This document shows, piece after piece, positions 56,687 through 64,000 of a stretch of 64,000 nucleotides of DNA. Within the stretch, counting starts at the first letter, position 1. The number at the start of each line of letters is the position of its first letter. The stretch spans positions 1,842-65,841 of the forward strand of contig JABEVK010000004.1 in the NCBI GenBank assembly GCA_013044245.1, written 5' to 3'. Source of the stretch: Spirochaetales bacterium. Its GTDB lineage: Bacteria; Spirochaetota; Spirochaetia; JABEVK01. Position numbers and translations under genes: made by a program. The notes beneath the pieces were generated by a model that worked only from the letters and a program-made list of their open reading frames with translations, did not search any database and had not been told where the DNA came from.

Positions 56687-58258
56687 TTACACCGAAAGAA
56701 TTTTAGCAAAGGCACGCAAGGCCGGGTCCGAAGCACTGCCATCCAGTACAGATTTAGTCAATATCTTACCCAACTGGACACCTTCCTGGTCAAATGAGTT
56801 AATGTTCCAAAGAAAGCCTTGAAACATGACTTTATTTTCGAAGTGCGCCAGCAGGGCACCTAAGGCCTCAGGGGTCAGTTTGGTGTTCCATAGTAAACTG
56901 GATGGTCTGTTGCCGGGGAACATCTTGTTGGCGTTTTCATGGGTTTGCCCTTTTGCAAACGCAACAATTTGAGCGGCAAGGTTGGCCTTCAATTTTGTTT
57001 GACTGGTAGAACCCTCACTCACGACATCACTGCCCGCCTGGGACTCAAGAAATCCAATGAACTGCAGGGGAACGGTATCAGTGCCTTGGTGCAGGTGCTG
57101 ATAAAAGCTATGTTGACCATTGGTCCCCGGTTCACCAAAAATAACAGGGCCTGTAGCGTATTTGAGTGGTTGACCAAAGCGATTGACCTGTTTGCCGTTG
57201 GATTCCATGTCTAATTGCTGAAGGTGAGCCGGGAAGCGCGATAAAGCCTGCGAGTAGGGCAGTACCGCCGTAGAAGGGTATCCTAAAGCATTACGTTCCC
57301 AGACGCCGAGTAAGGCATCCATCAAAGCGGCGTTTTTTCGGGGATCAGGCTCCAAGGCGGCTACGTCAGCTTCGTGTGCGCCTTTGAGAAAGCGTTCCAC
57401 AACCTCCCAACCCAGAGCCAAGGCCAAAATTGTTGCACCGACAGCCGAAGTTGATGAATAGCGACCGCCAATATAATCATCAATAAAGAAGCTGGCCAAG
57501 TACCGTGAGCTTTTTGCTAAGGGACTGGTTTCACTGGTGACGGCCACCATGTGCCGGTCAGGATTCAAACCAGCTTTTTGCAACTTTTCACGAACAAAGT
57601 TTTCGTTCGCCAGAGTCTCTTGGGTTGTTCCGGATTTTGACACAAGAATAAAAAGTGTTGTTTCAAGCTTCTGGGAAGCAACGACTGCCGTTGCGTCATC
57701 TGGGTCAACATTCGAAATGAAGTGAGCGTCCAGGTATTTCTTCCCTGAAACAGAGTTTTCAAGGGCTAGGAACATTGCCCTCGGTCCTAGGTCCGAACCC
57801 CCAATACCAATTTGCACCACTGAGGTAAAGGCCTTTTCTGTGGAGCCTTTGATCGTTCCTTGATGGACTTGTTCTGTAAAGGTGCGGATTTTCTCAAGCT
57901 GAGAGCGATAAAAGGCCCCTAGATCTTTTCCGTCTTTGCGTACCGGCCCATCAACTTGACCTCGGGTCAAATGATGCAGAACTAAACGATCTTCGCCGGT
58001 ATTCATCACAGCACCGTTGAGAAGTTCTCGGTATTTTGCGGCAAGATCTTGTTCGGCTGCCAAATCTACCAACAGCTGTACAGCTTGGGGATCTACCGGG
58101 CGGGCGGCATACGAGAATCTCCAACCTGCAGGTCCTGCAATTTGGTAGTCTCTAATGCGGTCTTCAGTCAGGAGCGACTTCAGATTGGCGCTCTTGGCGC
58201 CTTTCAGAAGTTTTTTTCCTGATTTGCTCTGATCAAGATTTTTAAACTGAATTCCCAT
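56687..58258 (-). CDS. pgi: glucose-6-phosphate isomerase
   Basis: A 523-aa PGI with DYSKN-type N-terminus, the GGRYS region (DDYIGGRYSSTSAVG) and a C-terminal PGI signature. Confidence 0.9.
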   Translation of the reverse strand: MGIQFKNLDQSKSGKKLLKGAKSANLKSLLTEDRIRDYQIAGPAGWRFSYAARPVDPQAVQLLVDLAAEQDLAAKYRELLNGAVMNTGEDRLVLHHLTRGQVDGPVRKDGKDLGAFYRSQLEKIRTFTEQVHQGTIKGSTEKAFTSVVQIGIGGSDLGPRAMFLALENSVSGKKYLDAHFISNVDPDDATAVVASQKLETTLFILVSKSGTTQETLANENFVREKLQKAGLNPDRHMVAVTSETSPLAKSSRYLASFFIDDYIGGRYSSTSAVGATILALALGWEVVERFLKGAHEADVAALEPDPRKNAALMDALLGVWERNALGYPSTAVLPYSQALSRFPAHLQQLDMESNGKQVNRFGQPLKYATGPVIFGEPGTNGQHSFYQHLHQGTDTVPLQFIGFLESQAGSDVVSEGSTSQTKLKANLAAQIVAFAKGQTHENANKMFPGNRPSSLLWNTKLTPEALGALLAHFENKVMFQGFLWNINSFDQEGVQLGKILTKSVLDGSASDPALRAFAKILSV

Positions 58259-58640
58259 AATTCCTCCTGTGAGCTATGAGTTGTAAGCCTTTTTCTAAAA
58301 AATCCGCCACTTCGGGAGCGGTTTTTCGCCGTGTCGTAACAAACCGAAAAATTTCCTGTGATTCTTGAAAAAGAATCAGACTGGGGACTCCCAACACATG
58401 ATGCATCTGAACTTGGTCGGGAAAAGCCTCAGCATCCAACGAGGCAAAATCCAGGGAGTTTTGAAACCTTTTCTCAATCGTTGGAAAGTATTGTGTCAAA
58501 TACAGGCAATCGCCACACCAGTTGGTAAGAAAAATCAAAACAGACGGACGTGGTGAACGGATAAAATTGAGATATTCCCAGGGACTCTCAAGACTAACCA
58601 TGGTAACACTATCTACGATTCCGTGTTTTTTGGCAACCAT
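58242..58640 (-). CDS. thioredoxin-like protein (WCGDC motif)
   Basis: VLIFLTNWCGDCLYLTQYFP is a thioredoxin-fold CxxC motif with Asp replacing the canonical Pro. Overlaps the pgi start by 17 nt. Confidence 0.55.
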   Translation of the reverse strand: MVAKKHGIVDSVTMVSLESPWEYLNFIRSPRPSVLIFLTNWCGDCLYLTQYFPTIEKRFQNSLDFASLDAEAFPDQVQMHHVLGVPSLILFQESQEIFRFVTTRRKTAPEVADFLEKGLQLIAHRRNYGNSV

Positions 58641-58679
58641 TCACTGGCAAGAACCCCTGTTCTCGGTTACTTTAGAGGT

Positions 58680-60377
58680 ATGACAGCCTCCTCTTCAGAG
58701 CGTTCTGTGTCTCGTCACGCCAAACTACGGATGCGTACCCGTCAGATCCTGAAAACCTTAGCGCGACACGGCTTTGGCTATTTGCTTGAAACACCGCAAC
58801 GCCATAAGCTTGTCAGCGATTCTGTGGCCCGCTCATCACCCCATGAGCTGACTTCGGCCGGTCAACCCGGACGATGGAAGCGTGTTCGGTTGCTCCTCGA
58901 AGATCTGGGGCCCACCTTCGTCAAGATGGGACAAATCTTTTCGAACCGCCCTGATTTAATTCCAGAAGAACTGCTGACCGAATTGAAAAAACTTCAAGAT
59001 TCCGTTCCGCCGTTTCCCTTTGAGGAGGTTAAGGCTACCATTGAAGCCGAATTAGAGGGTCCCATAGAGAGTTTTTTTCGAGATTTTCAAAAAGAACCTG
59101 TCGCCAGTGCTAGTGTGGCTCAAGTGCACGCCGCCACCTTGTTCAATGGAAAAAAAGTGGCAGTAAAGGTTCTGCGACCAGGGGTAGAAGAGTTAGTTGG
59201 CTTAGATTTAGAAATCCTTACCCATTTAGGAAGCTGGCTGGAAAATCTGATTTTACGCAGTGACATTCTCGATGCTAAAGCCATCCTTGAAGAGTTTTCT
59301 CGGACAATGATGAAAGAAACAGATCTGCGCAATGAAGCTCTCTACCAGGGAAAATTTGCGGCTAACTTTCAGGATCATCCCGATATCTTTGTTCCTCGTG
59401 TCGTGAGTGCCCTTTCGCGCCGCCGTCTTTTAGTTATGGATTTTGTACAAGGAATTCATCCTTTAGATTGGGACGGGTATGATAAGGCAGGACTTAAACG
59501 ACATGACGTTGCCAAAAAGGGAGTAGAACTCTTATTAACCCAGGTTTTTGTCCATGGCTTTTTTCACGCGGACCCGCACGTCGGCAATCTCAGGATTCTT
59601 GCTGATGGCCGAATCGTCTTTTTAGACTTCGGCATGATGGGAATCCTTTTCTCAAAGCACCGGGAATATTTGGCCGAGATGTTAGCTGCTCTAGCGGTGA
59701 ATGATCCCACGTTGCTCACGAGGTCTCTTTTGAAATTGGCCGGGAAACCGTTACTTGACCAGCCACAAAAACTCGAAGAAGAAATCTTTATCTTGCTCGA
59801 AACCTATGCTCATTTACCGCTTAAAGAAGTCGACTTAAAAGATTTTCTTCAACGGGTAGTGGCTATTTTGCTGAAATTCCGGTTGGTTTTGCCTCCTGGG
59901 TTGTACCTTTTAATGAAGTCCTTGGTAACCATTGAAGGCTTTGGCCGGCAGCTTAACCCCGATTTTCAACTTTTGGACCAATTGGAACCCTTTGTCCGTA
60001 AAGTCTTTGCAGAAAAATTTGAACCTCAAAACCTTTTCAAGGGCGCCGTTGATAGTTTAGGGGACTATGTTTCTTTTTTAGGAAATTTGCCCGAAGACTT
60101 ACAAGAAACCTTACAGCATTGGAAAAAAGGAAAAATTCAGCTGGAATGGGATCACGCTGACTTAGAGAATATCCTGCACAAAGCCGATCGAATCTCCAAT
60201 CGACTCTCTTTTGCTCTCATCGTAACCGGAGTAATCTTGGCGTCGGCGCTGACGTTTCAATCCCACATTCCCCCGCTATGGAATGGCATCCCCGTCTTAT
60301 CCATATTGGGTTTGTTGGGAAGTGGAATTTTGGGTTTTGCCTTGTTGATCTCAATTTGGCGTTCAGGAAGGTTTTAA
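58680..60377 (+). CDS. ABC1/UbiB-family atypical kinase
   Basis: ASASVAQVHAATL, FHADPHVGN and VFLDFGMMG are the ABC1/UbiB motifs. Two C-terminal TM helices. First ATG at 58680. Confidence 0.8.
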   Translation: MTASSSERSVSRHAKLRMRTRQILKTLARHGFGYLLETPQRHKLVSDSVARSSPHELTSAGQPGRWKRVRLLLEDLGPTFVKMGQIFSNRPDLIPEELLTELKKLQDSVPPFPFEEVKATIEAELEGPIESFFRDFQKEPVASASVAQVHAATLFNGKKVAVKVLRPGVEELVGLDLEILTHLGSWLENLILRSDILDAKAILEEFSRTMMKETDLRNEALYQGKFAANFQDHPDIFVPRVVSALSRRRLLVMDFVQGIHPLDWDGYDKAGLKRHDVAKKGVELLLTQVFVHGFFHADPHVGNLRILADGRIVFLDFGMMGILFSKHREYLAEMLAALAVNDPTLLTRSLLKLAGKPLLDQPQKLEEEIFILLETYAHLPLKEVDLKDFLQRVVAILLKFRLVLPPGLYLLMKSLVTIEGFGRQLNPDFQLLDQLEPFVRKVFAEKFEPQNLFKGAVDSLGDYVSFLGNLPEDLQETLQHWKKGKIQLEWDHADLENILHKADRISNRLSFALIVTGVILASALTFQSHIPPLWNGIPVLSILGLLGSGILGFALLISIWRSGRF

Positions 60378-60409
60378 GCCTCTTGAAAGTCTTAAACCGA
60401 TCGGGGTGC

Positions 60410-60437
60410 TTGAGCATTTTTCAGAAAAGAGTACAAT
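60410..60437 (+). promoter_or_regulatory. candidate sigma-70-type promoter for the ferredoxin gene
   Basis: TTGAGC, a 16-nt spacer, then TACAAT. The -10 lies 29 nt upstream of the ATG, with an AGGAGCG RBS. Confidence 0.4.
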
Positions 60438-60465
60438 GAGTCTATCTTGTATCAGGAGCGTAAAG

Positions 60466-60633
60466 ATGGCATACAAAATTTCTGATGCCTGTGTGGCCTG
60501 CGGCGCTTGTGTGGATGTTTGTCCCGTAGAAGCGATTGCGGAAGGGGATATTTACGTGATCAATCCCGACATTTGCATCGACTGCGGCGCTTGTGCCAGC
60601 GAGTGTCCTTCTGGAGCTATTTCTCCTGCCTAA
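60466..60633 (+). CDS. 2x[4Fe-4S] ferredoxin
   Basis: CVACGACVDVCP and CIDCGACASECP are two CxxCxxCxxxCP clusters. Length is 55 aa. Confidence 0.8.
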   Translation: MAYKISDACVACGACVDVCPVEAIAEGDIYVINPDICIDCGACASECPSGAISPA

Positions 60634-60667
60634 GGAAAATCTTCAGAAAATCCAGATTTAATAAAAA

Positions 60668-60704
60668 AACCGCTGCTAGCTTGGTCTAGAAGCGGTTTTT
60701 TTTT
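60668..60704 (+). terminator. rho-independent terminator after the ferredoxin gene
   Basis: A7-CCGCTGCTAG-cttggt-CTAGAAGCGG-T9: a 10-bp stem with one mismatch and a 6-nt loop, flanked by an A-run and a T-run (bidirectional-capable). Confidence 0.65.
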
Positions 60705-60720
60705 ACTTTTCCGCTCAATT

Positions 60721-62184
60721 TTGCCGATGATCGAAAAAGAGGCGGTTATGTCCGATAGGTTGCCATCAGAACCCTTTTCAGAGCCCTCAAAGGATGAGAT
60801 TCCTCCTCTTTTTTCCACCTTGGGTGGCCAAGATGGAGCGGCATCGATTGATCTCTATTTGTCCTCTGACGAAATGTCCCTGTGGGGAACCTTTCACCCT
60901 GCCACGAAAGCTGATGGGCGGTTATTAACCTACGCCGAAGTCGCCGAAGCCTTAGGAAATTTACATTTCACAGGATTTTTAGAACGCGCCATTCAAGAAG
61001 CGATTTTTCTCTGCAATACCGAAAAACGTATCGTTCGTCATGTTCTTATTGCACAAGGAAGACTGCCCAAAGGAACTCGCCCTGCCTACCTGAAGCTGGA
61101 GCCTCAATTGTATGCTCATCATTTTCCTAGCGAAAAAATTGCGGTAGATTTCAAAGAATACAGTCCCTTTATCATCGTTAAAAAAGGGGAACTGCTGGCC
61201 AGAGCTTACCCCGCTCGTGAAGGTACTCCCGGTGTTACGGTTTTAGGGAAAGAAATCCCCGCAGGGAAAAAAGAAGTCAAACTACTTAAACCAGGCACGC
61301 ACACCATCTTTGTCCGAGGAAAAGTCTATGCCGGCCTAGCGGGACGCTTTGTGCTCGAGGGTGATGTTTTTGATGTTTCTAATACCCTAGAAATTAAAGA
61401 GGGAATCGATTACTCCACAGGGCATGTGATTTTTCCGGGGAACATCTCAATTTCGGGGATTGTTCAAAGCGAATTCAAATTGGTCTCGGGAGGCTCAATT
61501 ACCGTAAAAGATACCTTAGATGCCTCAGAGGTGATTTGCAAAGTTGATTTAACTTGTCATGGGGGTATTATTGGCAAAAAGCCTGGAATTGTTCGGGTAG
61601 GACATCAGCTTGTCAGCTTATTTGTTGAGAACGCTCAAGTTGAAGTTTTAGGAACAGTGCAGATTCACAAGGCTGTTTTGCATGCCAAAATTTTTTGTAA
61701 TGGAAGCTTTCAGGCACCCGAGGCAAAATTGGTTTCTTCCTTTTTGATGTGCAAGGGCAGTGCTGTGCTAGGTCAACTAGGAAATGAGCACGGTTCCAGC
61801 CATGTTGTCATAGGCAAGGATTTTGTGGTGCACCGTCGGCTTGAACAACTTCGCGAACAATATAAAACCGAAGAAGAACATCTCTTTCAGTTAAAAAGTC
61901 GCCTTGACCCGGCTCAGGGGGGACGGTTTGTCGACTACGAGAAACAAATTCGCGATCGACTCGCGGAGCTGGTAGAAGAAATGAACCAATTTACCGAAAA
62001 CCTCTTTAATCCTGAACCTGTCACACTAACAGTTCTGGGGGAAATCCACCCCGGTTCCCTGATAGAAATGGGCTACGCTCAATACCCTGTCGTAAGTTTA
62101 ATGAAAACAAAGCTTTTTCGGCTCTCGGACGATAAAAAAACCATTTTGGCCGAAAAAGCTGACAAGAGCAAAGAACCTGATTAA
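60721..62184 (+). CDS. FapA/DUF342-like beta-helical protein with C-terminal coiled coil
   Basis: A long central run of short beta-strand repeats (GGSITVKDTLDAS..., HGGIIGKKPG..., KAVLHAKIF...) with Gly at turns, plus a C-terminal helical region. The family assignment is tentative. Confidence 0.4.
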   Translation: MPMIEKEAVMSDRLPSEPFSEPSKDEIPPLFSTLGGQDGAASIDLYLSSDEMSLWGTFHPATKADGRLLTYAEVAEALGNLHFTGFLERAIQEAIFLCNTEKRIVRHVLIAQGRLPKGTRPAYLKLEPQLYAHHFPSEKIAVDFKEYSPFIIVKKGELLARAYPAREGTPGVTVLGKEIPAGKKEVKLLKPGTHTIFVRGKVYAGLAGRFVLEGDVFDVSNTLEIKEGIDYSTGHVIFPGNISISGIVQSEFKLVSGGSITVKDTLDASEVICKVDLTCHGGIIGKKPGIVRVGHQLVSLFVENAQVEVLGTVQIHKAVLHAKIFCNGSFQAPEAKLVSSFLMCKGSAVLGQLGNEHGSSHVVIGKDFVVHRRLEQLREQYKTEEEHLFQLKSRLDPAQGGRFVDYEKQIRDRLAELVEEMNQFTENLFNPEPVTLTVLGEIHPGSLIEMGYAQYPVVSLMKTKLFRLSDDKKTILAEKADKSKEPD

Positions 62185-63173
62185 AGATTTTCTAGTGCTT
62201 CAAGAAACAAACGATCAGACGAATTCTTATCAATTTCTTGAAGTAAGGCCTCACCGGTAGTCGGCATTTTAAAAATGGAAGAATAGTTGAGTGCCGGACC
62301 AATGGCCTTGGCATAACCTTCACCCGAATCTTTAAGTTCTAATTTTTGACCATCCTGGGTTTCAAAGGTCAAGGTAAAGCCCCGATTGAGGGCTTTAGGA
62401 TTGAGATGTTTCAAGACGATGGGTTTTTCGTCTTGGGTATAATGCCATTCGGTAGACGAAAGCTCAGTTTTGCCCTGCCAGTTCATCTTCACCCTGAACC
62501 ACTGAAAAAATAAAAGGGCTTCGGAAGGTAAACCCCCTTGCAAGGTAATCCCTGCAAGATTGTGAAGATGGGGACGCATTTCTTGAGTATTGAAAAAGTT
62601 GGCGGCTAGCTTAAGCAAAGGCCCAATCCGAACCCATGAAAAATCCGACAAAGGGGTTTTGAGCTCACAGGAACGTCGAGAGAGGTCTTTGAGAAATTCT
62701 TGCGGGTGATCACAAAAAGCAGTATCAATAAAACAACGATCGGCCACATCGTCAAATAATTGCGGCACCTGCGCTTGATCGAGGTTATCTAACCACCAGA
62801 CAAAAACAGGAATTTCACGAATTAAAAGGGGAGCCCAGGTTTCGGGAACTTCTCCTGCTTTATCATCGCCCGAAAAAATAACAATCTCTTGAATACATAG
62901 CACCTTATCGTTTTCATCGGGTACACAGCGTGCTGTGACATCGGTATGGGTAACCCCACCATGATTCTTACGAATGACAATAACGCGGGCAGGGCGTTTG
63001 CCATGGAGGTAATTAAGAGCTTCCATCAGCAGACGGTCATCTTGGTCTGAAACGTATACTACCAAGTTAAAAAGGTTGGTTCGGGCTTCGTTGGGCGAAA
63101 TCTCCTGTTGGATTTTTCGGAGTTGGTGTTCGACTGCTTGAGGATCAGCGTAACGTTTCATAGTTTTCTCCAC
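62181..63173 (-). CDS. opcA: glucose-6-phosphate dehydrogenase assembly protein OpcA
   Basis: 330-aa protein immediately downstream of, and overlapping, zwf. LFNLVVY..., ARVIVI and WRV motifs match OpcA. Confidence 0.65.
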   Translation of the reverse strand: MEKTMKRYADPQAVEHQLRKIQQEISPNEARTNLFNLVVYVSDQDDRLLMEALNYLHGKRPARVIVIRKNHGGVTHTDVTARCVPDENDKVLCIQEIVIFSGDDKAGEVPETWAPLLIREIPVFVWWLDNLDQAQVPQLFDDVADRCFIDTAFCDHPQEFLKDLSRRSCELKTPLSDFSWVRIGPLLKLAANFFNTQEMRPHLHNLAGITLQGGLPSEALLFFQWFRVKMNWQGKTELSSTEWHYTQDEKPIVLKHLNPKALNRGFTLTFETQDGQKLELKDSGEGYAKAIGPALNYSSIFKMPTTGEALLQEIDKNSSDRLFLEALENL

Positions 63174-64000
63174 TTCTGATTCACCGAGGACAGCAACGCT
63201 TTTGCTTCTTCGGGGCCGGAACTACCGGCACGGTACTGGGGGAGGGGCGCAGGATCTTCGGCCCAACCTTGAAGAATGCGTGTAATAAAAGCCCAACTGG
63301 TTTCAATTTCATCACGCCGTGTATACAAGGTAGAATCACCGACAAGGGCATCCAATAAAAGGCGTTCATAAGCTTCGGGGGTCGATTCTCCAAAGGCGTT
63401 GCCATAGGCAAAATCCATACTTACCGGCCTGACCTGCGTCGTATAGCCAGGAATTTTGGCGTTAATGTTGAATGTCACGCCTTCCTCGGGTTGAATATGA
63501 ATCACTAAAGTATTGTTCTTGGTATCGCTACCCCGATTGTTAAAAATGTGGAGTGGCGGTTCTTTAAACGAAACGGCAACCTCGCTGACCCGACGCCCTA
63601 AACTCTTTCCCGTCCGAATGAAAATCGGAACCCCTTCCCATCGCCAGGTGTCTAAGAAAATTTTAAGAGCAACAAAAGTTTCCGTTCGGGAATTGGGGTT
63701 AACTCCATCCTCTTCTAAGTACCCTTTGACACTTTGACCTTGAACAATTCCTGGACCATATTGACCCCGTACCGTATACGTTTTTACGTCCTTGAACGTA
63801 ATGGGCCTCAGGCTCTTTAAAACTTTAACTTTTTCGGTACGAATAGTGTCGGGCGAGAGATCGTTGGGGGGTTCCATCGTTAAAAGCGTCATCAATTGAA
63901 AGATATGGTTCTGTACCATGTCGCGAATGGCACCGGACTTCTCGTAGTAATTACCTCGGGTTCCCACACCCAAAGACTCGGCAACGGTAATCTGAATATG
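63158..64000 (-). CDS. zwf: glucose-6-phosphate dehydrogenase, C-terminal portion (N-terminus beyond the window)
   Basis: DMVQNHIFQLMTLLTMEPP and the downstream C-terminal G6PD domain. The ORF stays open to the window edge. Confidence 0.85.
   Translation of the reverse strand, partial: HIQITVAESLGVGTRGNYYEKSGAIRDMVQNHIFQLMTLLTMEPPNDLSPDTIRTEKVKVLKSLRPITFKDVKTYTVRGQYGPGIVQGQSVKGYLEEDGVNPNSRTETFVALKIFLDTWRWEGVPIFIRTGKSLGRRVSEVAVSFKEPPLHIFNNRGSDTKNNTLVIHIQPEEGVTFNINAKIPGYTTQVRPVSMDFAYGNAFGESTPEAYERLLLDALVGDSTLYTRRDEIETSWAFITRILQGWAEDPAPLPQYRAGSSGPEEAKALLSSVNQKWRKL

Noticed and set aside
1-64000. CRISPR arrays, IS elements, integrases, phage genes
   Set aside because: No spaced direct repeats, no transposase, integrase or recombinase-like ORF, no tRNA att sites. 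The window appears to be stable core chromosome.

Overview
The window is a gene-dense, roughly 50% GC chromosomal segment with about 60 CDS and very short intergenic spacers, mostly housekeeping core genome. Domain content and gene order suggest a diderm anaerobe, possibly a spirochete (Treponema-like), but that is a guess I could not verify. Genes I could recognise from the translations: pdxS (5' end only), hisI, deoC, priA, truA, acpS, cdaA-cdaR, folP, PII-amt, lon, recO, a pyrimidine-nucleoside phosphorylase, recJ, rpsU, gpmA, pgi, opcA and zwf (3' end only). I found no rRNA, tRNA, CRISPR array, transposase, integrase or phage gene. The non-housekeeping content, in order of interest, is: (1) a sugar-utilisation locus (7.6-16.3 kb) in which a LacI-type sugar-binding domain lacking the DNA-binding HTH is fused to a HisKA_3 histidine kinase with no transmembrane segment, next to a NarL-type regulator, a sugar ABC importer and a cytoplasmic GH3 glycosidase; (2) a 2144-aa Ig-like-repeat surface protein with an aromatic, beta-barrel-like C-terminus; (3) a cAMP module, a class III adenylate cyclase convergent with a membrane protein carrying a cNMP-binding domain; (4) a sigma-54 -24/-12 promoter match in front of PII-amt; (5) a minus-strand redox cluster with a ferredoxin-thioredoxin-reductase-like subunit whose CHC motif reads CFC; (6) an 844-aa ankyrin-repeat lipoprotein; (7) a nine-gene translationally coupled minus-strand operon from a TPR lipoprotein to priA. 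Several factor-independent terminators and palindromic candidate operators are also reported. I did not see a self-evident defence, toxin or mobile system in this window. Start codons are uncertain where the ORF track begins at TTG or GTG.
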